The notes: generated from the letters alone by a model not told the origin. Numbered from the stretch's first letter, positions 47,495 through 57,674 are shown. The stretch: DNA of 64,000 nucleotides from Clostridia bacterium (GCA_017472255.1 JAFUQU010000014.1:357845-421844), one strand, 5' to 3'. A program made the numbers and translations.

Positions 47495-49123
47495 GTGACC
47501 GAAAACGAATTAACACAATATTATGCGGAGCTGCTCGATTATGCCTGCCGCCGCTGCCGGACGATGCGCGAAGCGGAGGAGGTGGCGTCCGATACGATTC
47601 TTGCCGTTCTCACCGATATCAGAATGGGGAAGGTCATTGATCATCCAATTGCCTATATGCGGGGCGTATTTGCCAACAAACACAATGAATGGCTGCGCCG
47701 CAGGTACCAGGATTCGATCGTGGTTTGGGACGACGGTACTATGCTGTCCCGGGTACGCGAATCGCACATCGACGCCAGGGAAATGGCGCAGCGTGAGTTC
47801 GACGAGGCGAAGGTACGTCGGGAGCTTGGACGGCTCACCGCCATCTATCGGGAAGTGATGGTGCGTTATTACATGAAGGGCGAGAGGGTGGACGCAATTG
47901 CTGCTGCGCTGGGTATTCCGGTGGGAACGGTGAAGCGTCGGCTGGCAGCGGGCAGGGAGCAGGTGCGGGATGGAATTGTTATGCAGGAAAAGCGTTATTC
48001 GAATTTGAGCTATGCGCCTAAGTCGCTGCACATCGGTATCTGGGGGAACAGCAGTACAAGAAATGAGCCGTTCAGTCTGGTGTACCCGTCAAAAATCGCG
48101 CAGAATCTGCTGATTCTTGCCTACGAGAAGCCGACTTCCCCAAAGGTACTGGCAGACGCGCTGGGAATTCCACTGCCCTACATTGAACCGGAGCTTGATA
48201 AGTTGGTTCAGGGGGAACTGATGGGGAAGACGTCCGGCGGACTGTACTACACGAGGATATATCTGTGCGATTACAACGACAGCTATGGCGACATTCCTGC
48301 ACAGGAGGCGCTGGCGGAGGAGGTTTGCGAGGCTCTGTGGACGGTGTTCCGTGAGGGTATCGCACCGGTGTTCGAATGGGATGAATACCGGGCGATGAGT
48401 GAAAAGCAGCGTTCAACGCTGCTGCTGTACTGTCTGATGGTGCAGATTGACGGCTGTGTGAAATATATACTGGAGCAGTTGACCACTCTGCCGGAGAGTA
48501 TACCCGAACGTCCCAACGGCGGAAGCTGGCTGGCGGCCGGAAGCTGGCGGGATGAGGGAACACCGGTGCATCGGTATGATTCATCGGGGCCGGTTTGGGT
48601 CAGCACTGCCCGCCCGGATGGCAGCGGCATCGACTGCATGATGCGGGATTATCAGTCCTGCTTCGGCGATACACATTGGGTGTACGGCGGGCTAAAATAC
48701 AGCTTTACATTGCGGGAGATTCTGAAATTTTACGTCTCCTTTGTTACCGACCGTGTAACGCCGGATGATCCGCGTATCTACGAGCTGGCGCCTGATTTCA
48801 AGCGGCTGCATATCCTGCGTCAGGATGGAGACAAAATGGCGCTGGATATTCCGGCGCTGCCTTGGGTACGGCATAATGAATGTGGAAGGCTGCTGGGAAA
48901 AATGAACGCGGCCTTTGACCATATCCTTGGCGAGCGGCTGAAAGCGTTGATTCTCGTTCATGACAACAAGCTGCCTGCCCACGTGGATGCACCGGAATAT
49001 TATCGGCATTACGGCGCAGCCAGAGCGTTGCCGTTGGCAGTTCTGCTGGCGGTTGTCCGTCGGGGGCTGCTGCCGCATCCGGTGGTGGTTGGTGAAACGC
49101 CTATTATCTATGTAGCGTACTGA
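47495..49123 (+). CDS. ECF sigma-70 factor (regions 2 and 4) fused to a ~370-aa C-terminal extension of unknown function
   Basis: Sigma-2 (YYAELLDYACRRCRTMREAEEVASD) and sigma-4 HTH (LGIPVGTVKRRLAAGR); GTG start at 47495 preceded by RBS AAGGAGG; the track ATG at 47477 lies inside the RBS. Confidence 0.7.
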   Translation: MTENELTQYYAELLDYACRRCRTMREAEEVASDTILAVLTDIRMGKVIDHPIAYMRGVFANKHNEWLRRRYQDSIVVWDDGTMLSRVRESHIDAREMAQREFDEAKVRRELGRLTAIYREVMVRYYMKGERVDAIAAALGIPVGTVKRRLAAGREQVRDGIVMQEKRYSNLSYAPKSLHIGIWGNSSTRNEPFSLVYPSKIAQNLLILAYEKPTSPKVLADALGIPLPYIEPELDKLVQGELMGKTSGGLYYTRIYLCDYNDSYGDIPAQEALAEEVCEALWTVFREGIAPVFEWDEYRAMSEKQRSTLLLYCLMVQIDGCVKYILEQLTTLPESIPERPNGGSWLAAGSWRDEGTPVHRYDSSGPVWVSTARPDGSGIDCMMRDYQSCFGDTHWVYGGLKYSFTLREILKFYVSFVTDRVTPDDPRIYELAPDFKRLHILRQDGDKMALDIPALPWVRHNECGRLLGKMNAAFDHILGERLKALILVHDNKLPAHVDAPEYYRHYGAARALPLAVLLAVVRRGLLPHPVVVGETPIIYVAY

Positions 49124-49127
49124 TGAT

Positions 49128-49166
49128 AAGCATCCCCCGCAGAGCTTCGCTCTGCGGGGGATGCTT
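49128..49166. terminator. Bidirectional terminator, 18-bp stem
   Basis: aagcatcccccgcagagc-ttc-gctctgcgggggatgctt. Confidence 0.8.
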
Positions 49167-49171
49167 AATTC

Positions 49172-49453
49172 CTATTTCTTAGCCAGTTCGGTTTCGAGCC
49201 AGATTATGCCGTAGTCGAAAGCTTCCTGCAAGCCGTTTTTGATTCCTGATTTCACAACCGTTTTATCCTCGCCGGTTCGCTGAATCATAATCATAATCTG
49301 ATCGGGAAGCTCCTTGTTTCCCACCTTCTTTGTGGACATAATGCCAAGCACCAATACATATTTGTCATTCATATTACCGTAGCAGAGCTGCTGTCCCTCG
49401 CGAACCAGCGGCTTGCCCCGATACATCATATATTTACCATTTACCGTACTCAT
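49172..49453 (-). CDS. Hypothetical small protein (93 aa)
   Basis: ORF with RBS; convergent with the ECF sigma gene; no known domain. Confidence 0.45.
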   Translation of the reverse strand: MSTVNGKYMMYRGKPLVREGQQLCYGNMNDKYVLVLGIMSTKKVGNKELPDQIMIMIQRTGEDKTVVKSGIKNGLQEAFDYGIIWLETELAKK

Positions 49454-49590
49454 CGGTCAGCCTCCTGTTATATCAATTTTAATATATTCATTTTAACATA
49501 TGAGGCGCGTAAATTCTACATACAAATTGTAAACTATATAAAAAGGCGGAAAAAGGATTCGACAAGTCGGTGTTTGTTGGCGAATTATGA

Positions 49591-49619
49591 TTGACAAGCG
49601 GCGATTTTTATACTATAAT
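49591..49619 (+). promoter_or_regulatory. Consensus promoter (TTGACA-17-TATAAT)
   Basis: TTGACA 49591-49596; TATAAT 49614-49619. Confidence 0.6.
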
Positions 49620-49692
49620 ATAATGGTATACAATTGCAGTCACCATAAAAATACGGCGCGTTTGCATATAGACGTGCCGATGGAGGATGAAT

Positions 49693-50895
49693 ATGTTCGC
49701 ATTCAGTAAACATCGCAATTTCCGTATCCTGCTGGCAGCATTGCTTGCCGCACTCAGCGTTTTTGCTGCATCCTGCGGTACCATGCAGACACCTGTCGAT
49801 TCCACCGACGATTCCACTGCCGCCGAAACCACCGCGCCCGATACAACGGAAGCGCTCACTACCGAAGAAACTACCGCTGATACCACTGCCGAAACCACCG
49901 CCGAAACTACAGCCGAGACTACCGAGGAAGTTACCACCCTGCCTGTCCCGGTCGAGCCTGATAGGCTCAACCCGCTGACCGGATTGGAGGCTGCCGAGGA
50001 TCTGCGCAGTGTTCGTCCGGTGGCAATTATGATCAACAACATCAAGGTTGCCACGCCTCAGGAGGGCATTTCCTACGCCGACATCATGTATGAATGCGTG
50101 GTGGAAGGCTATCAGACCCGCTTGATGATGCTGACCTGCGATTATGCCAATCTGCCCGTGGTCGGCTCGGTACGCTCGTCCAGAGAGTATTTCCTGGACT
50201 TTGCCGCCAATCATGACGCCATTTACATCCACGCGGGCGGCAGCGATCAGGCTTATGTCGAGATCAAGTCGAGGGACGTGGACAATCTGGACGGCGTGAA
50301 TATGTACATACCCAATATGTTCTACCGCGATTCCTGGCGGCAGAAGAATATGGGTCTGGAGCACAGCCTGATGACCACCGGCGAAAAAATCGCGGACGGC
50401 ATCGCTTACATGAAATACCGCACCGAGATCGATGAAAAGCTTGATTCGCCGCTGGATTTCGTGGACTACGGCACCACCCGCCTGCCCGCCAAGGGAGATG
50501 CTTCCTATCTGAAGGTGAAGTATTCCGGTTCGCATCAGCCCTACTTCGAATTCAACGAGGACGAGGGCGTTTACTACCGCTGGCAGTTCCTCGGGGACAA
50601 GCATATGGACAACACGGCGAACGTACAGCTCTCCTTCGAAAATATTATCGTGCTCTACCTGCCCAGCGTCAACACCAAGGATTCCTACAATCACATGGAT
50701 GTGACCACCACCGGCAGCGGCGATGGATATTACCTTTACGGCGGAAAATACGAGGAAATCACCTGGAAGAAGTCGGACGAGGACTCGCCGGTGAAGCTCT
50801 ACAACGAAGCCGGTGAGGAGCTGCTGATCAACCGCGGCAAGACCTTCTTCCAGATCTGCACCACCGCTATGAAAGAGACGACGGAGATCAGATAA
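49693..50895 (+). CDS. Lipoprotein with Thr/Glu/Ala-rich linker and DUF3048 (YerB-like) domain
   Basis: Lipobox FAASC; (TAET)n linker; RPVAIMINN motif characteristic of DUF3048. Confidence 0.7.
   Translation: MFAFSKHRNFRILLAALLAALSVFAASCGTMQTPVDSTDDSTAAETTAPDTTEALTTEETTADTTAETTAETTAETTEEVTTLPVPVEPDRLNPLTGLEAAEDLRSVRPVAIMINNIKVATPQEGISYADIMYECVVEGYQTRLMMLTCDYANLPVVGSVRSSREYFLDFAANHDAIYIHAGGSDQAYVEIKSRDVDNLDGVNMYIPNMFYRDSWRQKNMGLEHSLMTTGEKIADGIAYMKYRTEIDEKLDSPLDFVDYGTTRLPAKGDASYLKVKYSGSHQPYFEFNEDEGVYYRWQFLGDKHMDNTANVQLSFENIIVLYLPSVNTKDSYNHMDVTTTGSGDGYYLYGGKYEEITWKKSDEDSPVKLYNEAGEELLINRGKTFFQICTTAMKETTEIR
49840..49925 (+). repeat. Short imperfect coding tandem repeat encoding (T-A-E-T)n linker
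   Basis: Repeated accgc(c/t)ga(a/t)ac(c/t)ac units. Confidence 0.5.
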
Positions 50896-50902
50896 CACCT
50901 TG

Positions 50903-52324
50903 TCAATTGCTTTTCGTTTTTAATTTTTCCCGCACAACCAGCCGCTTCAGCGCCTTTCCGTTAAAGGGAATCAGCGGATAAAGATAATTGCGCTTGCCGT
51001 TTACCGTTTTGTTGGTGGCGGCGAAGGTAAGATTCAGCACCAGCCCGCCGATATAGCCCCACAGTCCGAACAGCGCCGTTGTGGCCAGCAGAAGCATTCG
51101 CATGAGCTTGAACGCATAGCCCAGCTCGTAGCTGGACTGGGAAAAGTTCGCGATGGCGACGAAGGCCATGTAGACGATGACCTCCGGCACGAACCAGCCG
51201 ATCTGCACCGCGAAATCGCCCAGAATCAAACCGCCTACCACGCCGAAAGTATTGTTCAGCGAATTCGGCGTGTTCATGGACGCCAGCTTCAGCCCATCCA
51301 GCGCAAATTCGATGATGAACAGCTGGACGATGATGGGAAGATTGCATTCCGAATCCACGAAGATGAAATTCAGCCAATCGGGAACCCAGTTCGGATGGGT
51401 AATCAGCAGATACCACGTGGGAGTCAGCAGCATGGTCATCAGGAAGACGGCGTAGCGCAGCAGCCGCAGATAGGAGCCGATCAGCGGCGGAAAGTAATAA
51501 TCATCGGTTTCCTGCATGAAATCGAAGATGCAGGTGGGCAGAATCATCGCTTCCGGCGACGTGTCGCAGAGGATGATGACGCCGCCCTCCAGCAGATGAG
51601 CCGCCGCTGAATCCGGACGCTCGGTATAGCGGAATTTGGGAAAGGGATTGTACCACCGCCGTTTGATTAGACATTCGGCAAGGCTCTGCTGTCCCAGCGT
51701 CAGGGCGTCCACCTTGATCGCTTTGATTTTGGACAGCAGGGTCTGCACATACTCCTTGTCAGCTTTGCCGTCGATGTAGGCCACGACCACATCGTTTTTT
51801 GCCGTCTCGCCAACGACAATTCGTTCGAAGGTGAGCCGAGGATCGCGGATGCGGCGGCGAATGAGGGTGGAGTTCTGCTTGATTGTTTCCACGAAGCTGT
51901 CGTGGGCGCCCCGAAGAACCCGGTCGTTTTCCGACTGCTGGATGCCCCGTGTGGGATAGCTGCGCACATCGATGATGATGCCCGCGGCGCCCAGCGAATC
52001 CATGATTACGCCCATGGTGCCCGACATGACGGCGTAAACGAACTGATCGAAATCCGTAACTACCGAAACCTCGGTGTAGGGCAGATGGCGGGCGGCAAAC
52101 TGCTTTGCGTCCTGCGCGTTTTCCACCGTCTCAAGCTGTGCCAGATAGATGAACAGCCGCTCCAGAACGTCGCTTTTGACAAAGCTGTCGATGTAGTAGA
52201 AGTGCGCCGAGTGACCGCCGAAAATCTGCTCGCGGCTGATGAAATCGTAATTTTTTCCGATACCAAAAAGGGTATCGAGGGTTTTTATGTTTTTCTGATA
52301 GCTTTCGCTGAATGTCTGCGACAT
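50903..52324 (-). CDS. GerA-family spore germination protein (GerAA / SpoVAF-like), orphan
   Basis: GerA family N-terminal domain and C-terminal 4-5 TM domain; no adjacent GerAB/GerAC genes; alternative start at 52339. Confidence 0.7.
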   Translation of the reverse strand: MSQTFSESYQKNIKTLDTLFGIGKNYDFISREQIFGGHSAHFYYIDSFVKSDVLERLFIYLAQLETVENAQDAKQFAARHLPYTEVSVVTDFDQFVYAVMSGTMGVIMDSLGAAGIIIDVRSYPTRGIQQSENDRVLRGAHDSFVETIKQNSTLIRRRIRDPRLTFERIVVGETAKNDVVVAYIDGKADKEYVQTLLSKIKAIKVDALTLGQQSLAECLIKRRWYNPFPKFRYTERPDSAAAHLLEGGVIILCDTSPEAMILPTCIFDFMQETDDYYFPPLIGSYLRLLRYAVFLMTMLLTPTWYLLITHPNWVPDWLNFIFVDSECNLPIIVQLFIIEFALDGLKLASMNTPNSLNNTFGVVGGLILGDFAVQIGWFVPEVIVYMAFVAIANFSQSSYELGYAFKLMRMLLLATTALFGLWGYIGGLVLNLTFAATNKTVNGKRNYLYPLIPFNGKALKRLVVREKLKTKSN

Positions 52325-52382
52325 AGGATTACCTGCCAATCTTGGTTGATGTCCATAGTATCGGCAGAATTTGCAGAAATTA

Positions 52383-52946
52383 TTACAATCCGAAAAATTG
52401 CAGGATGCCGTTGTAAATGCCCAGCGCGAACAAATCAGGCTCCCCGGACATCAGCGCCGCGTCGCCGGGATTGGTGATGTAGCCCATTTCAATGAGGGTG
52501 GCGGGCATATTCGTCCTCCGCAGGACATAAAGCGACGGGCGGGCGAAGGTGCCGCGATTTTCAAGACCGGTGATCAGGCTCAGCTGATCGACGATGTTTT
52601 CGCCCAGCCGGAAGCCCTCGGTTCCGGTGCGGTAAGCGTAGGCTTCCACGCCGGACGCGGAGGGATTGGAGAAGGCGTTGGTGTGCAGGCTGATGAAATA
52701 GTCCGCGCCCCATTCGTTGGCGGCGTTGACCCGGGCGGCAAGGCTGGATGCATTGGACGTTCCCAGCTGCTCGGTGGGCGAATTGCGGGAGAGCATGACC
52801 TCAAAGTTTCCGTTGGCGCGCAGCAGATCGGCAAGAATAACACCTATATTGTAGGTGATGTCCTGTTCGCGCAGACCGTTGCCCTCGGCGCCCGCGTTGG
52901 GATTGGTGGGATTGTGCCCCTGATCGATGAAAATTTTAATTGCCAT
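52383..52946 (-). CDS. N-acetylmuramoyl-L-alanine amidase, Amidase_3 family (CwlD-like)
   Basis: IFIDQGHNP ... GADYFISLHTNA ... metal-binding motifs; 187 aa, catalytic domain only. Confidence 0.75.
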   Translation of the reverse strand: MAIKIFIDQGHNPTNPNAGAEGNGLREQDITYNIGVILADLLRANGNFEVMLSRNSPTEQLGTSNASSLAARVNAANEWGADYFISLHTNAFSNPSASGVEAYAYRTGTEGFRLGENIVDQLSLITGLENRGTFARPSLYVLRRTNMPATLIEMGYITNPGDAALMSGEPDLFALGIYNGILQFFGL

Positions 52947-53021
52947 GTGTGTACCTCCGAAATATCATCATGGTACAGCATATGAAAAAACGGCGATAAT
53001 GCCACAGAATGGACTTAAATC

Positions 53022-53774
53022 ATGAAAGAAATCAAAAGAATTCTCAGTTTTACCCGCCGTGCCGTGGACGATTACGAGATGATCGACGACGGCGACCGTA
53101 TCGCCGTGGGCATTTCCGGCGGCAAGGATTCGCTGACGCTGCTTTACGCGCTGGCAGAGCTGCGGCGGTTTTATCCGAAAAAATTTGAGCTGGAGGCTAT
53201 TACAATCGACATGGGCTTTTCCACGCCGGTGGATTTCACGCCGGTGGCCGATTTATGCCGGGAGCTGGATGTGCCCTACACCATCGTACCTACGCAGATT
53301 GCTCATATCGTTTTTGACGTGCGCAAGGAGAAAAATCCCTGCGGACTTTGCGCGAAAATGCGGCGGGGTGCGCTGCATGACGCCTGCAAGCTGCGTGGCT
53401 GCAATAAGCTGGCGCTGGGACATCATTTCGACGATGTGGTGGATACCTTCATGCTCAATCTGTTCTACGAGGGACGGCTTGGCTCCTTCTCGCCCGTGAC
53501 CTATCTTTCCCGAAAGGATCTGACCATGATCCGCCCGCTGCTCTATGCACAGGAGAAGGATGTGCGCTATTTCATCAACCACCATCCGCTGCCGGTAATT
53601 ACCTCTCCCTGTCCGGCGGACAAGCATACCGAGCGGGAGTCCATGAAGCAGCTGCTGGCCTCTCTGGAGCGGAACAATAAAGGCTTGCGCCACCGTATTT
53701 TCGGCGCGCTCCAGAAGGCGGGAATCGACGGCTACAAGGAAGGAAAGCTGGTCGTCTTCCCGGATGATGAATAA
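53022..53774 (+). CDS. PP-loop ATPase of the TtcA/TilS superfamily (tRNA thiolation-type)
   Basis: SGGKDS PP-loop; CGLCAKMRRG and later Cys motifs. Confidence 0.7.
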   Translation: MKEIKRILSFTRRAVDDYEMIDDGDRIAVGISGGKDSLTLLYALAELRRFYPKKFELEAITIDMGFSTPVDFTPVADLCRELDVPYTIVPTQIAHIVFDVRKEKNPCGLCAKMRRGALHDACKLRGCNKLALGHHFDDVVDTFMLNLFYEGRLGSFSPVTYLSRKDLTMIRPLLYAQEKDVRYFINHHPLPVITSPCPADKHTERESMKQLLASLERNNKGLRHRIFGALQKAGIDGYKEGKLVVFPDDE

Positions 53775-53869
53775 TTTCCCTGCATTTCATAAAAACTTTC
53801 GCAAAAGCCTTTATTTTGGGGGACTTTTGTGATATAATATAATGTAACGAACTTTTTTGGAGATTTACT

Positions 53870-55702
53870 ATGTGTGGATTTGTCGGCTTCACCGGGAAGC
53901 TGGAAAAGCAAAAGGAAATCCTGAATAACATGATGGCGCGGATTGTCCATCGCGGCCCTGATTCGGCGGGAGAATTCCTCGGCGAGGATGTGGCGCTGGG
54001 CTTCCGGCGTCTGAGCATCATCGACCTTGACGGCGGCTCGCAGCCCATGTACAATGAGGACGGCAGCGTAGTCATCGTTTTCAACGGTGAGATATACAAT
54101 TTTATGTCCCTTCGCGAGGAGCTTTCGGCGGCGGGACATACCTTCAGAACCCGGTCGGACACCGAAACGCTGGTGCATGGCTGGGAAGAATGGGGCGAAA
54201 AGCTCGCATCGAAGCTGCGCGGGATGTTCGCCTTCCTGCTTTACGATAAAAAGAGCGGCGTCCTTTACGGCGCCCGGGATTACTTCGGCATCAAGCCGTA
54301 CTACTACTACCGCACCGCAGAGGGAAACTACCTTTTCGGCTCGGAAATCAAGTCCTTCCTCGAGCATCCGGGCTTTGACAAGCGGCTCAACAAAAAGGCG
54401 CTGCGCCCCTATCTGACCTTCCAGTATTCGTCGCTGGACGAGACCTTCTTCGAGGGCGTGTTCAAGCTGCCTCCGGCGCATTATTTCACGCTGAAGGACG
54501 GAGCGATGACAGTCACTCGTTACTGGGACGCCGACTTCACCGAGAAGCCGGGCGACTTCGACGCATATGTCAACGACATCGACAAAACGGTCAATGAGTC
54601 CGTGGCGGCGCATAAGATCAGCGATGTGAAGGTGGGTGCGTTTCTTTCGGGCGGCGTGGATTCGTCCTATATCACCGCCTGCCTGATGCCCGACAAGACC
54701 TTCTCCGTGGGCTTCGATTACCATAAATTTAACGAAACCAACTACGCAAAGGAACTGTCTGACCGTCTGGGCATCGAAAATTACCGCAAGCTGATTACCG
54801 CCGACGAATGCTTTGACGCTTTTGCTGACATTCAGTATCATATGGACGAGCCGCAGTCCAACCCCTCCAGCGTACCGCTCTATTTTCTCGCAAAGCTTGC
54901 CAGAGAGCAGGTTACAGTGGTGCTGTCCGGCGAGGGCGCGGATGAAATCTATGCCGGCTACGAGTGGTACGACGAGACGCCCATGATGCAGAAATACAAG
55001 AAAATCCCGCAGCCCCTGCGTATCGCGGCGGCGGGTGTGGCAAAGCGGCTGCCCTACTTTAAGGGACACGATTTCATCATCAAGTCCAGCGGACGCCCGG
55101 AGGATTACTTCATCGGTCAGGCTATGGTCTGGGCGGAGAAGGACGCGCTTCGGGTGCTCAAGCCCGCGTTTCGCTGCGGACCTTCCACGAAGGAGGTCAC
55201 GGCGCCGATTTATGCCCGGGTGAAGGACAAATCGGAGCTTGACAAGAAGCAGTACCTCGACCTGAATCTCTGGCTGCCGGGGGATATTCTGCTCAAAGCC
55301 GACAAAATGAGCATGGCAAGCTCGCTGGAGCTTCGCGTGCCCTTCCTCGACCGTGTGGTCATGGAACAGGCGCAGGCGCTGCCTCACGAGTACAAGATCA
55401 ACGGCAAAAATACCAAGTACATCTTCCGCAAGGCCGCCAACAAAACCCTCCCCGACGAGTGGGCTGACCGCAAGAAGATGGGCTTCCCCGTGCCCATCCG
55501 CTACTGGCTGAAGGAAGAAAAATATTACAACATCGTCAAAGGCTATTTCACCAGCGACTATGCCGCCGAGTTCTTTGACACCGACGCGCTCGTCGCCCTG
55601 CTTGACGAGCACCGCGCCGACAAGGCCAACAACGGACGCCGCATCTGGACGGTTTTCACCTTCCTTGTCTGGTACAAACGATTCTTCATCGACGAAACAT
55701 AA
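53870..55702 (+). CDS. Asparagine synthase (glutamine-hydrolysing) family amidotransferase (AsnB / AsnH-like)
   Basis: N-terminal MCGFVGF Ntn-GATase; SGGVDSS PP-loop; 610 aa. Confidence 0.85.
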   Translation: MCGFVGFTGKLEKQKEILNNMMARIVHRGPDSAGEFLGEDVALGFRRLSIIDLDGGSQPMYNEDGSVVIVFNGEIYNFMSLREELSAAGHTFRTRSDTETLVHGWEEWGEKLASKLRGMFAFLLYDKKSGVLYGARDYFGIKPYYYYRTAEGNYLFGSEIKSFLEHPGFDKRLNKKALRPYLTFQYSSLDETFFEGVFKLPPAHYFTLKDGAMTVTRYWDADFTEKPGDFDAYVNDIDKTVNESVAAHKISDVKVGAFLSGGVDSSYITACLMPDKTFSVGFDYHKFNETNYAKELSDRLGIENYRKLITADECFDAFADIQYHMDEPQSNPSSVPLYFLAKLAREQVTVVLSGEGADEIYAGYEWYDETPMMQKYKKIPQPLRIAAAGVAKRLPYFKGHDFIIKSSGRPEDYFIGQAMVWAEKDALRVLKPAFRCGPSTKEVTAPIYARVKDKSELDKKQYLDLNLWLPGDILLKADKMSMASSLELRVPFLDRVVMEQAQALPHEYKINGKNTKYIFRKAANKTLPDEWADRKKMGFPVPIRYWLKEEKYYNIVKGYFTSDYAAEFFDTDALVALLDEHRADKANNGRRIWTVFTFLVWYKRFFIDET

Positions 55703-55744
55703 TATCGTCGTTTTTCTCATAAAATCAACTGGAGAGATCAAATC

Positions 55745-56980
55745 ATGGAAAAACGCAACATCATCCCGGTTCTGCTGGGCGCTGACCTGAACTGCTACAG
55801 TGTGGCGCGCGCCTTTCACGAACAGTACGGGGTAAAATCCTATGCGTTCGGACGCTATGCCATCGGCGCGTCCAAATATACACGAATTCTGAAATTCAAC
55901 GTGGTCGAAAAGCTGGACGATCCCGACGTGATGGTTGAGACGCTGCTTGACTTCGCGGCAAAGCATGAGGGCGCGTCCCTTATTGCCTTTGGCTGCACCG
56001 ACGATTACGCCGCCATGCTCATCCATAACGGCGACCGCCTCCGTCCCCGCTATATCGTGCCCTACATCGGACCGGAGCTGTTCGAGCGGCTGGCGTACAA
56101 GGCCAGCTTCTACGAGGACTGCGACCGCTGCGGCATTCTCTATCCCAAAACGGTGGTTGTCACCCCCGAAACCAATCTGGACGAGACGCTGGATGAGGCG
56201 GCGCTGGGCTTCTCCTATCCGATCATCGTCAAGCCCTCGGCCAGCGCGGTTTACTGGAAGTATCCCTTCGACGGCATGAAGAAGGTCTACACCGCCGCGT
56301 CCAAGGGCGAAGCCGAGATCATTATCCGCCGCATCTATGGCTCGGGCTACCCGGAGAAGATTATTCTTCAGGATATGATTCCCGGCGACGATTCCAGAAT
56401 GCGGGTGCTCACCGCCTATTCCGATCAGAACGGCAAGGTGAAGATGATGTGCCTCGGTCATGTGCTGCTGGAGGAACACACGCCCAAGGGTCTGGGCAAT
56501 CACTGTGCCATCATTACCGAGCAGGATCGCCCGCTGATGGAGAAGTTCAAGGCTTATTTGGAGGGGCTGCATTTTGTGGGCTACTCCAATTTCGACATCA
56601 AGTATGACGAGCGTGACAATACCTTCCGCGCCTTTGAAATCAATCTGCGGCTGGGACGAAGCAACAACTATGTGACCTCTGCGGGCTGCAACGTGGCGCG
56701 CTATATTGTGGAGGACTTTCTTGGCGAAGGCTTGCCGGAGGAGACCTATTTCTGCGACAATGAGATACTCTGGCACAGCGTGCCTAAAAAGGTGGTCTAC
56801 GAATACTGCCGCGACAAGGCTATGGCTGATCGAGCAAAAGAACTGGCGAAGACCGGCAAGGCGCATCCGGCGCTGTGGTATAGCCCGGACACCTTCTTCA
56901 ACCCCATGCGCACCTTCTTCCTGACCATGCACGGCTACAACCATTTCGGAAAATTCAAGAAGTATTATGGCAAAGAGTAA
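55745..56980 (+). CDS. ATP-grasp family ligase (candidate D-aspartate ligase, Aslfm/AslA-like)
   Basis: PreATP-grasp + ATP-grasp fold; 3' end overlaps an aspartate racemase gene, with AsnB-family and murE genes flanking. Confidence 0.55.
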   Translation: MEKRNIIPVLLGADLNCYSVARAFHEQYGVKSYAFGRYAIGASKYTRILKFNVVEKLDDPDVMVETLLDFAAKHEGASLIAFGCTDDYAAMLIHNGDRLRPRYIVPYIGPELFERLAYKASFYEDCDRCGILYPKTVVVTPETNLDETLDEAALGFSYPIIVKPSASAVYWKYPFDGMKKVYTAASKGEAEIIIRRIYGSGYPEKIILQDMIPGDDSRMRVLTAYSDQNGKVKMMCLGHVLLEEHTPKGLGNHCAIITEQDRPLMEKFKAYLEGLHFVGYSNFDIKYDERDNTFRAFEINLRLGRSNNYVTSAGCNVARYIVEDFLGEGLPEETYFCDNEILWHSVPKKVVYEYCRDKAMADRAKELAKTGKAHPALWYSPDTFFNPMRTFFLTMHGYNHFGKFKKYYGKE

Positions 56981-57674
56981 AACGCTTGGCATTCTGGGCG
57001 GTCTGGGACCGATGTCCACCGTCTACTTCTACGAGCTGCTGACCTCGCTGACCCGCGCGTCGTGCGATCAGGAGCATATCGATATCGTCATCTCCAGCCG
57101 CGCCACCACTCCCGACCGCACCCGCTATATTTTAGGGCAGTCGGATGAAAATCCGCTGGACGCCATGATTCCCGACGCGAAGCGTTTGATCGCCTTCGGC
57201 GCGGAACTGATCGCCATTCCCTGCAATACGGCGCACTATTTCTATGACGCGCTGGCCGCCGAAGTGGACGTTCCCATTCTCAACATCATCGAGGAAGCGG
57301 TGCGGACGATGAAAGGAGACGGCGTGTCCCGGTTCGGACTGCTGGCGACCGACGGTACCGTGCGCTCCGAAACCTATCAGCGCTACTGCTCCACCCACGG
57401 CATCGAATGCGTCGTTCCCGACGACGCCAGACAGGCTCGGGTGATGGACATTATCTACGGCTCCATCAAGCAGAACAAGCCGGTGGACACCGAGAGCTTC
57501 TATGAAATCGCCCACACGATGCGCTCCTGGGGCTGTGAGCGGCTGGTGCTGGGCTGCACCGAGCTGTCGCTTATCAAGAAAAACGAGGGGCTTGGCGCTT
57601 ATTACGTGGATCCGCTGGAGTGTCTGGCGCTGTCGTCCATCCACGCCTGCGGAAAGCAGTCAATATTTGACTGA
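56967..57674 (+). CDS. Aspartate racemase (Asp/Glu/hydantoin racemase family)
   Basis: Two conserved Cys regions (ASCDQEH..., IPCNTAHYF, LGCTELS); 235 aa. Confidence 0.8.
   Translation: MAKSKTLGILGGLGPMSTVYFYELLTSLTRASCDQEHIDIVISSRATTPDRTRYILGQSDENPLDAMIPDAKRLIAFGAELIAIPCNTAHYFYDALAAEVDVPILNIIEEAVRTMKGDGVSRFGLLATDGTVRSETYQRYCSTHGIECVVPDDARQARVMDIIYGSIKQNKPVDTESFYEIAHTMRSWGCERLVLGCTELSLIKKNEGLGAYYVDPLECLALSSIHACGKQSIFD

Noticed and set aside
49585-50898. 437-aa minus-strand ORF
   Set aside because: Antisense to the DUF3048 lipoprotein gene, which has a lipobox and a recognisable domain; GC-shadow frame.
53732-57019. 1095-aa ORF on the minus strand
   Set aside because: It is antisense to asnB and the ATP-grasp gene, and its composition is Ala/Arg/Gly/Val-rich, typical of shadow frames in ~62% GC DNA. 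The plus-strand genes have clear domain content and RBSs.
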